Shown here: positions 48,740 to 62,687 of the stretch, piece after piece
Layout: each line of letters starts with the position of its first letter
Position numbering within the stretch: the stretch's first letter is position 1
Assembly: GCF_963921235.1 (NCBI RefSeq)
Contig: NC_086097.1
Coordinates: 196,046,001-196,110,000 of the forward strand
Origin: Mobula hypostoma
Lineage: Eukaryota
Reading direction: 5' to 3'
DNA length: 64,000 nucleotides
Made by a program: the position numbers and the translations under genes
The notes under the pieces: generated by a model
The model's input: only the letters and a program-made list of their open reading frames with translations
Databases searched by the model: none
What the model was told of the DNA's origin: nothing

Positions 48740-49527
48740 AACTGAAGGAAGAGCTAGTAAGAGATTTGAAAGTGGGAGGGGGAGGGGGAGGGGGAGATCC
48801 AAAATGATAGGAGAAGACAGGAGGGGGAGGGATGGAGCCAAGAGCTGGACAGGTGATTGACAAAAGGGATACGAGAGGATCATGGGACAGGAGGCCCAGG
48901 GAGAAGGAAAAGGGGGAGGGGGGGAAAAGCCCAGAGGATGGGCGAGGGATATAGTCAGAGGGACAGAGGGAGAAAAAGGAGAGTGAGACCCGACGCAGAC
49001 TGGGAGATCGTTTTGTTGAATACCTATGCTCTGTCCGCCAGAGAAAGCAGGATCTCCTAGTGGCCACACATTTTAATTCTACATCCCATTTCCATTCTGA
49101 CATGTCTATCCGCGGCCTCCTGTACTGTAAAGATGAAGCCACACTCAGGTTGGAGGAACAACACCTTATATTCAGTCTGGGTAGCCTCCAACCTGATGGC
49201 ATGAACACTGACTTCTCTAATTTCCGCTAATGCCCCACCTCCCCCTCGTACCCCATCTGTTATTTATATACACACATTCTTTCTTTCACTCTCCTTTTTC
49301 TCCCTCGGTCCCTCTGATTATACCCCTCACCCATCCTCTGGGCTTTTTCCCCCCCTCCTCCTTTTCCTTCTCCCCGGACCTCCTGTCCCATGATCCTCTC
49401 ATATCCCTTTTGCGAATCACCTGTCCAGCTCTTGGCTCCATCCCTCCCCCTCCTGTCTTCTCCTATCAATTTGGATCTCCCCCTCCTCCTCCCACTTTCA
49501 AACCTCTTACTAACTCTTCCTTCAGTT

Positions 49528-49563
49528 AGTCCTGACGAAGGGTCTCGGCCTGAAACGTCAACT
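49528..49563 (+). ncRNA. Minimal hammerhead ribozyme motif
   Basis: AGUC-CUGACGA-AGGGUCUCGGCCU-GAAAC-GUC-AACU (one stem I mismatch). Confidence 0.65.
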
Positions 49564-49994
49564 GTACCTCTTCCTAGAGATGCTGCCTGGCCTGCTGCGT
49601 TCACCAGCAACTTTGATGTGTGTTGCTTGAATTTCCAGCATCTACAGAATTCCTCATGTTTGTAGTTCTTCCTCATCCATATCCTTCAATATTGCACTAT
49701 ATTCCTTCCATTCACATACATGTTCATCCAGCCACCCATAAATGTATCTATGCAATTCTTTGTCTTGACATTTCTGCTAAATTCATTTTCAATTTTCTTG
49801 GTGGCAATTATATACTGATAACCTCCAGTCTCCACACAAGTAGAAACATCTCCTTTATTACCACTTAATAATTTCAAAAAAGTTTCATGGAAATAGTTAA
49901 AGGTACAAAAAACACAAACTACCATTTAACTGAGTAACAAATTATATATTTGTGCAGTACTCTGATGTTACCAAATATCTCATTTCTGCTCTGG

Positions 49995-50712
49995 GCACTG
50001 AAAGGAGAAGTTGAGGCCCCAGGTAGAGGAAGTTCGATCTTGATGCTCGTACAACTGGCCTGGGTGTAAGGTTGGAGCGCTCTGGGCACCGAGCTGATTT
50101 GAAGAGCTTGAGAGTTGCTTCGGGCTGGGCAACAAAATCTGGCCCAGAGCAAGTCGCTGGGCAGTGTGATCTAGGCCCTGGGCCTTTCGCTGCAGTGGTT
50201 CCTGGGTCCTAGTGCCAGGACTAGGACTCGCTCTCCACAATAGTCATTCCTCTCTCCAGAGCCTTTCGCTGCCCTGTTCTTTGGTCAATTTAAACGCTGG
50301 CCCAGATAGATTGAAAAGACAGGATGTCAGTTAGGATGAGAGCCAATCTTGCTTGTTCTCCGTAATGTTCATCTCCATGGCGCTGAGGCTATGAAGACTG
50401 CCCCAGCTGCTGTGCTCAGTGCCCCTTAATATGATGAACTGATAAGTGAGGTTTTGGGCCTACTCTGGGCTGCTCCGGGGTTCAGATCTGAGGACTCAAA
50501 TTTGATTTGGAATGCTGCTACTCACTCAATTGTTAGCATGATTTGTTTTTTTCCCCTTTCTCTTATGCTGGGTGTAGGTTTTTTATTTTTATTCTATTTT
50601 TTCTTTAGTTGCATTCTTTCAGGTTTCTTGCATTGTGGCTACCTGTGAGCAAGCAAATCTCAAGGTTGTATAGTTCATACACTCTGATAATAAATGTATT
50701 TAACTCTTGAAT
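49995..50712 (+). mobile_element. Non-coding retroposon with a Rex1-like 3' tail
   Basis: GC-rich 5' part; ends aatctcaaggttgtatag..ctgataataaatgtatttaactcttga, like the Rex1 tails elsewhere in the window. Confidence 0.5.
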
Positions 50713-50849
50713 CTCCTCATCATCTGGCCACTACTTCTAAATTTTGTAACTCAAAACAATAAATACATCAAATACTTTGGTAATACTACCCAAAATTAAT
50801 AGCTAATATGCGAGATGATACCTTTGGAAAAGACAGGTGGAATGTTCCT

Positions 50850-51862
50850 TCAGAATGTAGGTAATTATGGAAAAGGATAGGTCTGGTCTTCGCATTAAGA
50901 TTCTAAATTGAAGGAAGACCAGTTTTGATGGTATTAGAAAGAATCTGGCAGTGTGGTTTGGGACAGGTTGTTTTCTGGCAAAGGTGTACTTGGTAAGTGG
51001 GAAGACTTCAAAAGTGAAACTTCCAGAGTACAGAGTTTGTATGTTCCTGTCAGTATAAAAGACCAGGATAACAGGTTAAAGAACCTTGGTTTGCGAGAGA
51101 TTTTGTGGTCCTGATTAAGAAGAAAAGGAAAGTGCCTAGCAGGTATAGGCAGGAAGGAATAAATGAGGTACTTGAGGAGAATAAAAAATGCAAGCGAGCA
51201 CTTAGAAATAAATCAAGAGGGCTAAAAGTCATGAGGTTACTCTACCAGACAAAAAGGAGAATTCCAAGGGCTTCTACGGATATATTAAGAACAAAGGGAT
51301 AGCAAGGACAAAATTGGTCCCCTAGTAGATCAGTGGTAATCTATGCATGGAGCTGAAAGAGATGGAGGAGATCTTAAATGGAGTTTTTGCATCTGTATTC
51401 ACTCAGAAGACGGATATAGAGTCTATCGAAGTGAGGCAAAGCAGCAGCAAGATTGTGAACCCTATACAGATTACCATTTAACTTTGTATAGTGTTTGCTG
51501 TGTTGAGGTAAATTAGGGTACATAAATCCCCAGGACCTGACAGGGTGTACCCTTGGATTCTGGGCCAGGCTAGTGCAGAAACTGCAGCGGCCCTAGCTAG
51601 ATATTTAAAACCTGCTTAGCCATAGGCAAGGTGCCAGAGGACTGGGGGATAGCTAATGTTGTTCTACTGTTTAAGAAAGGCTCTACGAATCAGTCAGGAA
51701 ATTATAGGCTAGTGATCCTGATGTTTGTAGTTGGAAAGATATTGGATCTAAAGGATCGGATATGTAAGTACAGTATTTGGATAGATAGCGACTGATTAGG
51801 GATAGTCAACATGGCTTTGTGCGTGGTAGGTCATGTCTAACCAATTTTATAGAGCTTTTAAG
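50850..51862 (+). mobile_element. CR1 ORF2 middle fragment
   Basis: KSPGPDRVYP, VPEDWGIANV and GNYRLV motifs. Confidence 0.8.
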
Positions 51863-51864
51863 GA

Positions 51865-54800
51865 CCATTAGACAAGAGCAGAATTAGGCCATTCAGCCCA
51901 TTGAGTCTGCTACACCATTTCACCATGGCTGATCCATTCCCCTCTCACCCCATTTATCCTTCCCTCTCCCTGTATCCTTTGACACCCTGATTAATCAAGA
52001 ACTTATCAACCTCTGCCTTAAATGCACCCAATGACCTGGTCTTCAGAGCCATCCGTGGCAACAAATTCCACAGATTCACCACCCTCTGGCTAAAGAAATT
52101 CCTCCTTATTTCTGTTCTAAATCAACATCCTTCTATTTTGAGGCTGTGCCCTCTGGTCTTAGACTCCCCCACCACAGGAAACATCCTCTTCACGTCTACT
52201 ATCTAGGCCTTTCAATATTCGATAGGTTTCGATGCGATCCCCCCCATTCTTCTAAACTCCTGTGAGTACAGGCCCACAGTCTTCAATAACTGTTCACACA
52301 ATATCACTTTCATTCCCAGAATCCTTCTCATGAAAAACCTCTGAACCCTCTCCAATGTCAGCAGATCCATTCTTAAATAAGGGGCCTAATACTATACTCC
52401 ATGTGAGCCTCCCAGTGTCTCATAGCAGCCTAGGCTTTATATCCTTACTTTTATATCCTAGTCCTCTTTAAATAAATTCTAACATTGCATTTGTCTTCCT
52501 CACCAGTGATTCAACCTGAAAATTAACCTTCAGGGAATCCTGCACAAGGACACCCAAATCCCCTTGCACCTAGAATTTTTGAATTTTTGCCCCATTTAGT
52601 AAATAATCTACACGTTATTCCTTCCACCAAAGTGCATCCCCTTGAACTTCCCAACATTATATTCCCATTTTCCACCTCTTGGCTCATTCTCCTTATTTGT
52701 CCAAGTCCTTCTGCAGCTTCTCTGCTTCCTCAACACTACCTGCTCCTCCACTTATCTTTGTATTGTCTGCAAACTTGGGCCACAAAGCCATCAATTCCAT
52801 CATCCAAATTGTTGAAATACAACGTAAAAAGAAGTGGTCCCAACATGGAACTCCACCCCCATGGAGCACCTAATCCAAAAAGGATCCCTTTATTCCCACT
52901 CTTTGCCTCCTGCCAATCAGTCAATGCTCTACCCATGCTAGTATCTTACCTGTAATACTCTGAACTCTTATCTTGTAAGCAGCCTCATGTGTGGCACATT
53001 GTCAAAGGCCTTCTGAAAATCCAAGTAAACAGCATCCATTGATTCTCCTTTGTCTAATCCCGCTTGTTATTTCTTCAAAGAATTCCAGCAGATTTGTCAT
53101 GCAGGACTTTCCCTCACGTAAACCATGCTGACTTTGGCCTATTTTGTCATGTGCCACAAAGTACCCCAAAACCTCATCCTTAACAATTGACTGCAACATC
53201 TTCCCAACCACTGAGGTCAGGCTAACTGGACTATAATTTCTTTTCTTTTGCCTACCTCCCTTTTTGAAGAGTGGAATAACTTCTGCAATTTTTCTCTGGA
53301 ATCAGACCAGAATCTATTGATTCTTGAAAGATCATGACTAATATCTCCACAATCTCTTCAGCTACCCCTTTCAGAACCCTGGGGTGTAGTCCATCAGGTC
53401 CAGCTGACTTATCTACCTCTGAGCTTTCAGTTTCGCAAGCAATATCTCCCTACTAGTAGCAACTGCACTCACTTTTGCCCTTTAATGCTCTTGAATTTCT
53501 AGCATACTGCTAGTTCCTTCCACAGTGAAGACTAATACAAAATACTTATTCAGTTCATCCGGTATTTCCTTGTCTCCCATTACTATCTCTCCAGGATCAT
53601 TTTTCAGTGGTCCAATATCTACTCTCAACTCTGCTTTACTGTTCATATATCTGAAAAAAACTTTGATACCAGTTTTGATATTATTTGCTAGCTTACCTTC
53701 ATGTTTTTCTTTTTCCCCTTATAATTTTTTTAGTTGCCTTCTGTTGATTTTTTAAAAATTCCCAATCTTCTAACTTCACACTAATTTTTGCTCTTTTATA
53801 TACCCTCCCTTTTGCTTTTATGTTGGCTTGTTTTCACTTGTCAGCTATGTTGCATCATCCTGCCTTTAGAATACTTCCTCTTCTTTGGGATGTGTCTATC
53901 CTGCTCCTTCTGAATTACTGCCAGAAACTCCAAACATTGCTGCTCTGTCATCATCCCTCCTAGTGTCCCTTCCAATCAACTTCGGTCAACTCTGTAATTC
54001 CCTTTAGCCCATATCAGACTTTAGCTTCTCCCTCTCAAATTGCAGGGCGAATTCTATCATGTTATGATCACTGTTTCCTAGGGTTCCATTACCTTAAGCT
54101 CCTTAATCATATCCAGTTCATTATACAATACCCAATCCAGAATTGCTGATCCCCTATTGGGCTCAACCACTTGCTGCTCCAAAAAGCCAAATCAGAGGGA
54201 TTCTACTATTTCTCTCTCTTGAGATCCAGCATCAACCTGATTTTCCCAATCTACCTGCATATTGAAATACTCCGTGACGAACATAATATTCCCTTTTTGA
54301 TATGCTTATTCTATCTCCCATTGTGTTTTGTAGACCACATCCTGGCTACTGTTGGGAGGCTTGCAAGTAACTCCTGCTGGCGTTTTTTTACCCTTGCAGT
54401 ATCTTAACTCTACCCACAAGGATTCTACATCTTCCAATCCTAATTCACCCCTTTCTAAAGATTTGATTTCATATTTTACCAGCAGAGTCACTCCTCCTCC
54501 TCTGCCTACCTACCTGTCCTTTCGATAGATTGTGTATCCTTGGATATGAAGCTTCCTATTACAATTGTCTTTTAGCCTTGACCCTGTGGTATGCACAAAG
54601 TCATACCTGCCAATACCTAACTCGCTACAAGATCACCTACTTTATTCTGTTTACTGCGTACATTCAAATATAACACCTTCGGTCCTGTATTTGTCACTCT
54701 TTTCAATTTTGGCCCCCTTTTGCACTGCAAACCATCCCACACTGCAAATTTGCCCTACCATCTGTCTGTCCTTCCTGATAGTCTCACTATATACTAGCTC

Positions 54801-55420
54801 TGATGGTAAACCTACGTCCCCATCCTGATCACTCCAGTTCCCATCCCCCTGTGAAATTAATTTAAACTCTCCCCAACATCTCTAGCAAACCTGCACGCAT
54901 GGATATTGCCTTACCTCTTCGCTTTATGTAAAGCCTGTCCCGTTTGAACGGGTTATACCTTCCCCAGATGAGATCCCAATAAAACACTGTTTCCGGGTTC
55001 ACTGCCCCCTGCATCAGTTCCTCAGCTACACATTCATCTGCCAAATCATCCTATTCTTGCCTTCACTGGTGCATGGCACAGGCAGGAATTCAGAGATTGT
55101 TACCCTGGAGGTCTTGCTCTTCGGCTTCTACCCATCTTTCTAAATTCTCCCTTAGGACTCCCTCTCTTTTTCTCCCTATGTCATTTGTACGAATATGTAC
55201 CAAGATGTCTGGCTGCTCACCCTCCCTCTTTAGAATGTCATAGACACAATCCAAGATGTCCCTGACCCTGTCACCTGGGAGGCAACATACCATCAGGGCC
55301 TCTCTATCACGTCCAGATTGTCCTATCTAACCCTCTAACTATGGAATCTCCTTCACCACTGCATTCCTTCTCTGCCACCTTCCCTTCTGAGCCAAGTACC
55401 AGAGACCTGGTCACTGTGAC
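51865..55420 (-). mobile_element. Near full-length but degraded CR1 (ORF1 esterase to 3' tail)
   Basis: GDSIVRG, CCLPG, HIRTNDIG, ESLWVELR and KSCMTNLLEFF in order. Confidence 0.88.
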
Positions 55421-55769
55421 TCTGCCCAGTACTTCTTCACTCAGAGGGTGGTGAGAGCGTGGAATGAGCTGCCAGTGCAAGTAGTAGATGAAGTTCAATT
55501 TCAACATCTAAGAGAAATTTGGATGGGTACAGTACATAGATGGGAGGGTTTGAAGGGTCATGGTCCAGGGGCAGGTCAATGGGACCAGGCAGATTAATGG
55601 TTCAGCATGGACTAGATGGGATGAAGGGCCTGTTTCCATACTGTACTTTTCTGTGGCCCTATTTAAATGAAATACCTAACAATACTATACAACTATGCAG
55701 TACTATACAACTGGGAATTGGATCCTAATATTTATCAACAGAGGAATTCATACAATGTATGCTGCTGTG

Positions 55770-56768
55770 TTCTCTTGATTGACTGTAAATAAATAAAAAT
55801 CAGGGCACACAGCTAATACAGATAATGGACTACCTTCATATAATGCTTTCAATGATTGCATCTTTCAAATCTTCATTTTCATTGTAACATTCAAGATGAT
55901 TATCTATACCTACAAATTCTTAGCAGTTACTAATATGTTGAAGTAGTTAAATCATTTCATTTTCACTTCACGGCTGTTTCTGGCATCTTCAAGCCTGAAT
56001 ACTTGAAATTGCTGTGAGCAAAACAGTTCTGAATTGTCTTACTGCTTATTTCTTACCAACTATCAGTGACAAAAATCATTGCTTTTTGAACACAGCGCAC
56101 ACACACAACTGTCGCTATTTAAAAACTGTTTGCTTAAAACACAGTGTAGTGTCTAATGGCCATGTGACTGAGACTGTTTGGCAGCAGACTTTTGTCTCAA
56201 TTAAGACCATAAGATATAGGAACAGAATTAGGCCATATGGCCCAGCAAGGCTGCTCATGGCAGATTCAATTTTCCCCTCAGCCCCAGTCTCCTGCCTTTG
56301 CTCCATATCCCTTTATGCTCTGACCAGTCAAGAATCTATCAAACTCTACCTTAAATATACATAAAGACGGCCTCCACAGCTGCCTGTGGCAAAGAATTCT
56401 GCAGATTCACCACCTTCTGGCTAAAGAAATTCCTCCTCATCTCCATTCTAAAAGGACACCCCCCTATTCTGAAGTTGTGTCCTGTGGTCTTAGACTCTCC
56501 CACCACAGGAAACATCCTCTCCACATCCACTCTATCAAGGCCTTTCATCATCCAATAGGTCTCAATGAGGTCACCCCTCATTCTTCTGAATTCTAGTGAA
56601 TTCCAGAGCCATCAAACGCGCTTCATATGCCAATTAAGCAGCATATTGTCCCAAATAAACACAGAAAATCCCAGCTGTTTTCTCAATTAGTTCTCATTTT
56701 TTAAGAGATGTGCCAAATAAATAGTTGCTCTGATTAATCGATGGTCCAATTAACCGGGATCTGCAGTA
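55770..56768. mobile_element. Tigger-like DNA transposon fragment interrupted by a CR1 3' end (56200-56630, minus)
   Basis: Terminal ccaattaaccgggatctgcagta; CR1 part MRGDLIETY..MRRNFFSQKVVN. Confidence 0.55.
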
Positions 56769-57149
56769 TATGGATAAAGAGCTAGAATTTCCAATAAAGC
56801 GTGGGCATCCAAAAATCCAGCTATGTGAAACTAGTAATGACTAAAAGCATTTTGAAAATATCTTGCTTTACATTTATATAAAATAACTGTAGACTTACTA
56901 TCCAAATCCTGGGAAGATCAGTGAAGTGAAAGGTCTTGATCACATGCTGTTTTAGTTATTGGCTTTAGTGCTTTGTTGTAATGATGCACTGGTCTGGTTC
57001 CCGCACTCATCATTTGACTTATATGACCATTGACCCATTGCCACCTGAACTGTGACCTTTATAACTTATGGAGTTTCTTGCCATCAGTTTGACTTCAGAA
57101 AGGCCAGAAATTCCTCCAAGTGCAGCTCTGCCAAAAGGAAGCATAATGT

Positions 57150-58900
57150 GTAATTTATAACCAAGAAACAGAAATTACTGCTGAAATTAGATAAAGGCAT
57201 AGTACTGCGATGAGTGTGGAATGTGGGGTGGGTAGTTCACTTATGAGTAGATCATAATGTTTTATGCTGAAACTGATGTTCAGTAATAAACAAGAAACTA
57301 TATATAAATCTAAAATGATGATTTAGACAGTGGTAATGGAATAAACCTTACAGAGGAGGAGTTGAGGATGCAATTAGATGCCAGTGTAAATTTAAAAAGC
57401 TGAAAGTTTCCCCAATCAACAGCAATGAACTGAATGTTCCAAGATGGCCAATCAAATCCAAAAGGCAGGATAGAATAAGGCAATTAGAAGTGCAAATGAA
57501 GCTTCAGTGGATTTTGCCATGAGTTACTAGTGAAAACCTTTCTGTTTAATGAATTCATAATGCTGGTGAAATATCCCTTTATTTGCATTAGTTACCATGG
57601 AAAACCTTAAAAACAGCTGATGAAAATGTGCTGCAGAGGTGTAAGTAAAGCAGAAGATGTATTTCCAGTTCTTAGACATGCCGGTGTAAGCCAAAGCATA
57701 AAGGAAAAATCCAATATCCATGATGATACAAGAGGGTAAAAGTATTTCCAGTTCATTATTGTACTATGAAAAGAGCAGGAATAATCATACAGATCTGTTT
57801 GAATGGAATGCTTTTTCAAAAGTGGTTTGAGAAGCACTTTTTTCCTGATGCTTCTAATTAGTTAAACTTGATGAGAAGTGTGCAGCACAGGTGTGTAGTG
57901 ATTAGCACAATGCTTTACAGTACCAGCAACCCAGGTTCAAAACCCACCGCTGTCCGTAGGAGTTTGTACATTCTCCCCAGGACCCCATGGGTTTTCCCCG
58001 GGTGCTCCAGTTTCCTCCCACAGTCCAAAGACGTGCTCGCTCTTAAGTTGATTGGTCATTGTAAGTTGTCCCGTGATTAGGTTAGGGTTAAATTGGAGAT
58101 TGCTGGGGGCACAGCTCAAAGGGCCAGAAGGGCCTATTCTGCACTGTACTATTAGAGACATAGAACATGGATACAGAACCTTTAGCTCAATGAGTCCATG
58201 CCAGCCACAGTGTCCACCAAACTAGCCCTTATTTCCTGTGTTCTGCCCTTATTCCTCTAAGCCACAACCACCCTCCCTCACGTACCCAAACAAGTGTTTC
58301 TTAAATCATTTCATTGTACCTGCCTCAACCACTTCTTCTGGCAACTCATTCCTTATACTCACCCTCTGCATGAAAAGGTTGTCTCTCTGGTCCCTTTAAA
58401 TCTTTCCCCCCTAACTGAAATCTATACCCCTTAGTTTTGGGTACCCCCACCCTGGGGAAAAGACTGTTACCATCTGCTTTATCTATGCCTCTCATAATTT
58501 TAAACATTTCTATCAGGTCATCACTCATTCTGCAATGTTCGAGGAAACATAAATACCTGCCTGACTATTGATCGTGATGCTAAACCTCTTGTGAAAAACA
58601 ATGTTTTTGTCATTCAGTTACCTGCAAGTGTAATATTGTTGGTGTAGCTAATGAACTAAAGAATTTTAAGACCCTTGTAATATCAGTTTAAAAAATTTAT
58701 GAGGTTTTAATTATTTAATGCTACAAATTGAGACCTGCCAATGTAAGAATTCTAAATGATTTTGACCTGGGCTGCTGAACATGTATTGAACCAATTCATT
58801 GAAGACACGAGGACTAACACTTGGCATACCCTGTGATAGGAACTGTGTTTCATGCAATGGTGAAGATTCTTATTTCGTGCAACATTGTGTATCAGAAAAG
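57150..58900 (+). mobile_element. Decayed pogo/Tigger DDE transposase interrupted by a V-SINE and a CR1 tail
   Basis: FQKWFEKHFFP-like segment (~57810-57847) and LVKNNVFVIQLPA segment (~58590-58627). Confidence 0.55.
57883..58152 (+). mobile_element. V-SINE (HE1-like)
   Basis: tRNA head (gtagtgattagcac..ggttcaaaaccc), V-domain ggagtttgtacattctcccc..ggttttccccgggtgctccagtttcctcccacagtccaaagacgtg, CR1-like tail gaagggcctattctgcactgtac. Confidence 0.85.
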
Positions 58901-58914
58901 AAGAAAATGACTTT

Positions 58915-59050
58915 CGAGTGCTGCCGAAGAATTTCGGTCTGAAACGTCAACTATACTCTTTTCTTAGATGCTGCCTGGCCTGCTGACTTCCTCTGGCAAG
59001 TTGTGTATGTTGCTCGGATTTCCAGCATCTGCAGATTTTCTCTTGTTTGT
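58915..59050 (+). mobile_element. Penelope-like terminal-repeat remnant
   Basis: ctgaaacgtcaact..agatgctgcctggcctgctga..ccagcatctgcagattttctcttgttt. Confidence 0.7.
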
Positions 59051-60261
59051 GACTTCTGGATCTGTTAGATTTTGAAAAAGGATTGACTTCTGAAGCTTTA
59101 CAGTCATCAGAAGGAAACATTATTGAAGAAGTGTGAATAATTATGCTCTCATTGATCACACACAGAGTAAAATTGTGATATTGATCGTCCATCCAAGGGA
59201 GAAAGATTAAAAACATCAGAACACTGGTGATCAAACAGAGAAAGGGTTCATAGAGAAAAGCATAAATATATGTGAAATAGTCATTAAAGTTCTACGACAA
59301 CAGATTTGGAACACAGCAAAAGGTAATGCAGGTTTAAAAGATTCAAGGAAAATTAATCAAAGGAAATTCTCATTTATGAGGATTTGAAATTACTTGATCT
59401 CTTTAGTTAAGCTTTCCAGTGGAGTGCTGTTGACCTGACCTCAACTTTAACTGCAACAGCCAAATGTAATTAATCCAATATCCTTTGTTGGAAGTGGATA
59501 ACAGGAAAAATATTTGGTGAATACATAAAAAAAAACATTTCAAATTTTGTGCATACATAGTCCAAAATCCTGAAATCCACCACATTCTCAGTCTCAAGCC
59601 AGAATTTACACAGGGACTCCTTTAGTGTCATAAATTGCCATCGTTCTCTTTTTCTGGCATTAATTTTAATTCCACCTTCTCTAAATACGTAAACTGTTGA
59701 ATTGTTGGTAAACTTCTCTTTAGATAGGACTAGTGCTACATCTAGCAATTGGCACACTCTTCATATCTAATTGTGGTCAAACTTTATAACCCATAACTTA
59801 GATTCAAACTGGTGAGTATTTAGAGAGGTATGGGATAATAGAGGATAGTAGCTTTGACAAGTTAATTTTGACAACTTTTATCTAACAGTATCTGTATAGG
59901 TGAGATGAGTATTAACATGATATTGTGTAAATGAATTCTCAAAATACTTTCAATGTTACCTGAAGAGCAGGCTTGTTATGAAAATTCAGACATGTCATTA
60001 TTAAAGAAATGCTGTAGCAGCAGCCAGACAGGAAATATAGAGCCGTGTTGTGAAGTATTTCTTGGTTGAGGTAGGATTGGAATCTGTGTATCAGAGGTTC
60101 AATATAGGGTCCACATTTGTTTTTGATATTAATGAATAGACCCAGCAGTTCACTGCATAATCTGGCAAATCTGTTTATTTGGTGGCTTCAGAAACACACT
60201 TCCGTTGGAGTAATGCAGATTGACTCATATCTTTCAAGCTGATATACAAGTCGTGAACTGC

Positions 60262-61420
60262 AGTATAAAAATAAGCCCTTCAGCCCATCTAGCCTGTGAT
60301 GAACTGTTATTCTGCCTATTCCCAGCAAACCGTACCTAGACCATAACACTCCATACCCTTCCCATCCGTGCATCGACCCAAACTCTCTTAAATGTTGCAA
60401 TCGAGCCTGCTTCCATCACTTCTGCTGGCAGCTCATCCCACAGTTACACCACCCTCTGAGTGAAGAAGTTCCCGCTCAGTTTCCCCTTAAATATTCCACC
60501 TTTCACTCTTAACTTATGACCTTGAATCTTAGTCTCACCCAATGTCAGTGGATAAAGCCTGCTGGTATTTATCCAGTCTATACTGCTGATAATTTTGTAT
60601 ACAGTACCTCTATCAAATCTCTCCTCATTCTCCTGTACATATGGGAATGAAGTCTGAACTTATTCAACTTTCCTGTAACTCTGGTCCTCAAGTCCTGGCA
60701 ACATCCTTGTAAATTTATCTGTACTCTTTCAATCTTTTGATATCTTTCCTGTAGGTAGTTGACTAGTGCCCTGTACAATACTGCAAAATTTTCCTCACCA
60801 TCTTATACAACTTCAACATAACATCCCAACCCCTATATTCATTCCTCTGATTTATGAAGGCCAATGTGCACAAATCTCTCTTTACAATCCTTTCTACCTA
60901 TGATGCTACTTTCAAGGAATTAAGTATGTGTATTCCTTCATCCTTCTGTTCTACCACACTTCTCAATGTCCAACTATTCACTGTGTAAGTCCTACCCTGG
61001 TTTACTCTCCCAACATGCAACACCTCACATTTGCCTGCATTAAATTTCATCTGTAATTTTTCCCAACCCATTTTGTCAGTTGGTCCAAATCCCACTACAA
61101 GCTTTAATAGCCTTCCCCACTATCTACTACTCTCTCAATCTTGATGTCATCTGCAAATTTTTACCACAATATCATCCAAACCATTAATATACTGTAGATG
61201 ACAAACAACAATGGGCCCAGCACCAATCCCTGCAGCACACCACAGTCAGAGAGGCAACCTTATACTAACACTCTTTGGCTTCTCCTGTTAAGCCAGTGGT
61301 GAACCAAATTTACTACTTCATCCTGAACGTCAAACGACTAAATCATCTGGACAAGTTTCTGATGCTGGACTTTATCAATGACCTTGTTAAAGTCCGTATA
61401 GTCAATCCCCAGTGCCTTTC
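60262..61420 (-). mobile_element. CR1 3' part, degraded
   Basis: KFADDIKI and QMKFNAGKCEVLHVG motifs. Confidence 0.82.
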
Positions 61421-61641
61421 CTAGTAATCTCCTCATTTAAGATTCCAAACCCTTTCCTTTTTGAAGGATTTCAATTTTAGGAAAGCAACTTATTTGGGGG
61501 TTCAAAATACATTAAGCATTTTCTCCATGAACTTTGTCAATAATAAAATCTATTCAAAGTTTGATTTCCTGCTTATTCCATGAATGGTACACTGTATCAT
61601 GTTTTTCTAATTTTAAATGAATATAAATAAAAATATAACAA

Positions 61642-61826
61642 TAACAAGAGAAAATTTGCAGACGCTGGAAATCCAAGTAATACACACAAAATGCTGGAGG
61701 AACTCAGCAGACCAGGGAGCATCTATGGGAAAAAAGTACAGTTGACATCTCGGCCCAAAACGTCAACTGTACTTTTTTCCATAGATGCTGCCTGGCCGTC
61801 TGAGTTCCTCCAGCATTGTTTGTGTG
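61642..61826. mobile_element. Penelope-like terminal-repeat remnant, fold-back
   Basis: Inverted arms with the junction at cagttgacat|ctcggcccaaaacgtcaactg. Confidence 0.75.
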
Positions 61827-62687
61827 ACGATAACAAGAAATGTATTGAAAATTAATTGACAAATTTTGCCAAGCAGAATGTTATCAGATGTACACATTTT
61901 TCATTAGCCACATCAGTGTACAAATCACTGCTCACTTTTTAGCTCCTTTCACGAGAATCCATGAACACCTAATTTTATAATACTTTGCTCTCTTGGTTGT
62001 GCCAGGGAACTAAAATGAGCAAAATTATAATACCAGATGTCATCATTCTAATCTGGTTCTAATTAATATTAAAATACACCTTATTGTGACTGTATGATCA
62101 CTCTTAGAAGAGTAGCGCTTTATTTCACACATTTCAGAAAGCAATATTGTTTGTTTTGATTCATCTTTTATTTTGTTTTGAATATTTGCACATAAAAATG
62201 AAGATGATAAGTCAAAGTTCAAAGTAAAGTAATTATCAGGAACATATGCGTCACCAGATACAACCTTGAGATAAGTGTCGATGACCAGCTCTAACTGTCT
62301 GTAGCAGGGCTGAAGCCAGGGGTAAGGTCATGACTATCAAATGGCAAATCTATCAGGCAGAGACATAATGGGAGAAAATTCAATGTTTAACAAATTTGGC
62401 AGGAAAGGCAATTGAGTGAGAACTGAAGAAGCTTGAAAGCTAAGCGGAGGATCTGTATACACTTTCAGACTGAACATAGAGAAAAAAAATGCTTCCTAGG
62501 TTTTAAATGTTGACAGCTCTAAGGCTAGTTGGCACCAGTGATTGAGTGCGGTAATAATATAATCCTCCTATTTTCTATTCTGCCTGTGTAAGCATTTCTT
62601 CTTACAAGGGTTTCCAAATCATGCTAGGATGGCAAAGATTTACATGTGCAAACGGGGCATTGCTAAATTGTCCAAACTTGCATTGCT

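Larger units (their letters stand above)
48642..49660. mobile_element. Penelope-like insertion: inverted terminal repeat (48642-48984) plus GIY-YIG C-terminus and terminal repeat (48985-49660)
   Basis: Open 81-aa stretch ETRRRLGDRFVEYL..VATHFN..LRLEEQHLIFSLGSLQPDGMNTDFSNFR* at 48985-49230; ~340-bp arms in inverted orientation. Confidence 0.9.

Noticed and set aside
59403..59757. Minus-strand ORFs considered as clusterin-like or other host exons
   Set aside because: No recognisable motifs or consistent splice signals, and they lie on the wrong side of the putative COLEC12 promoter.
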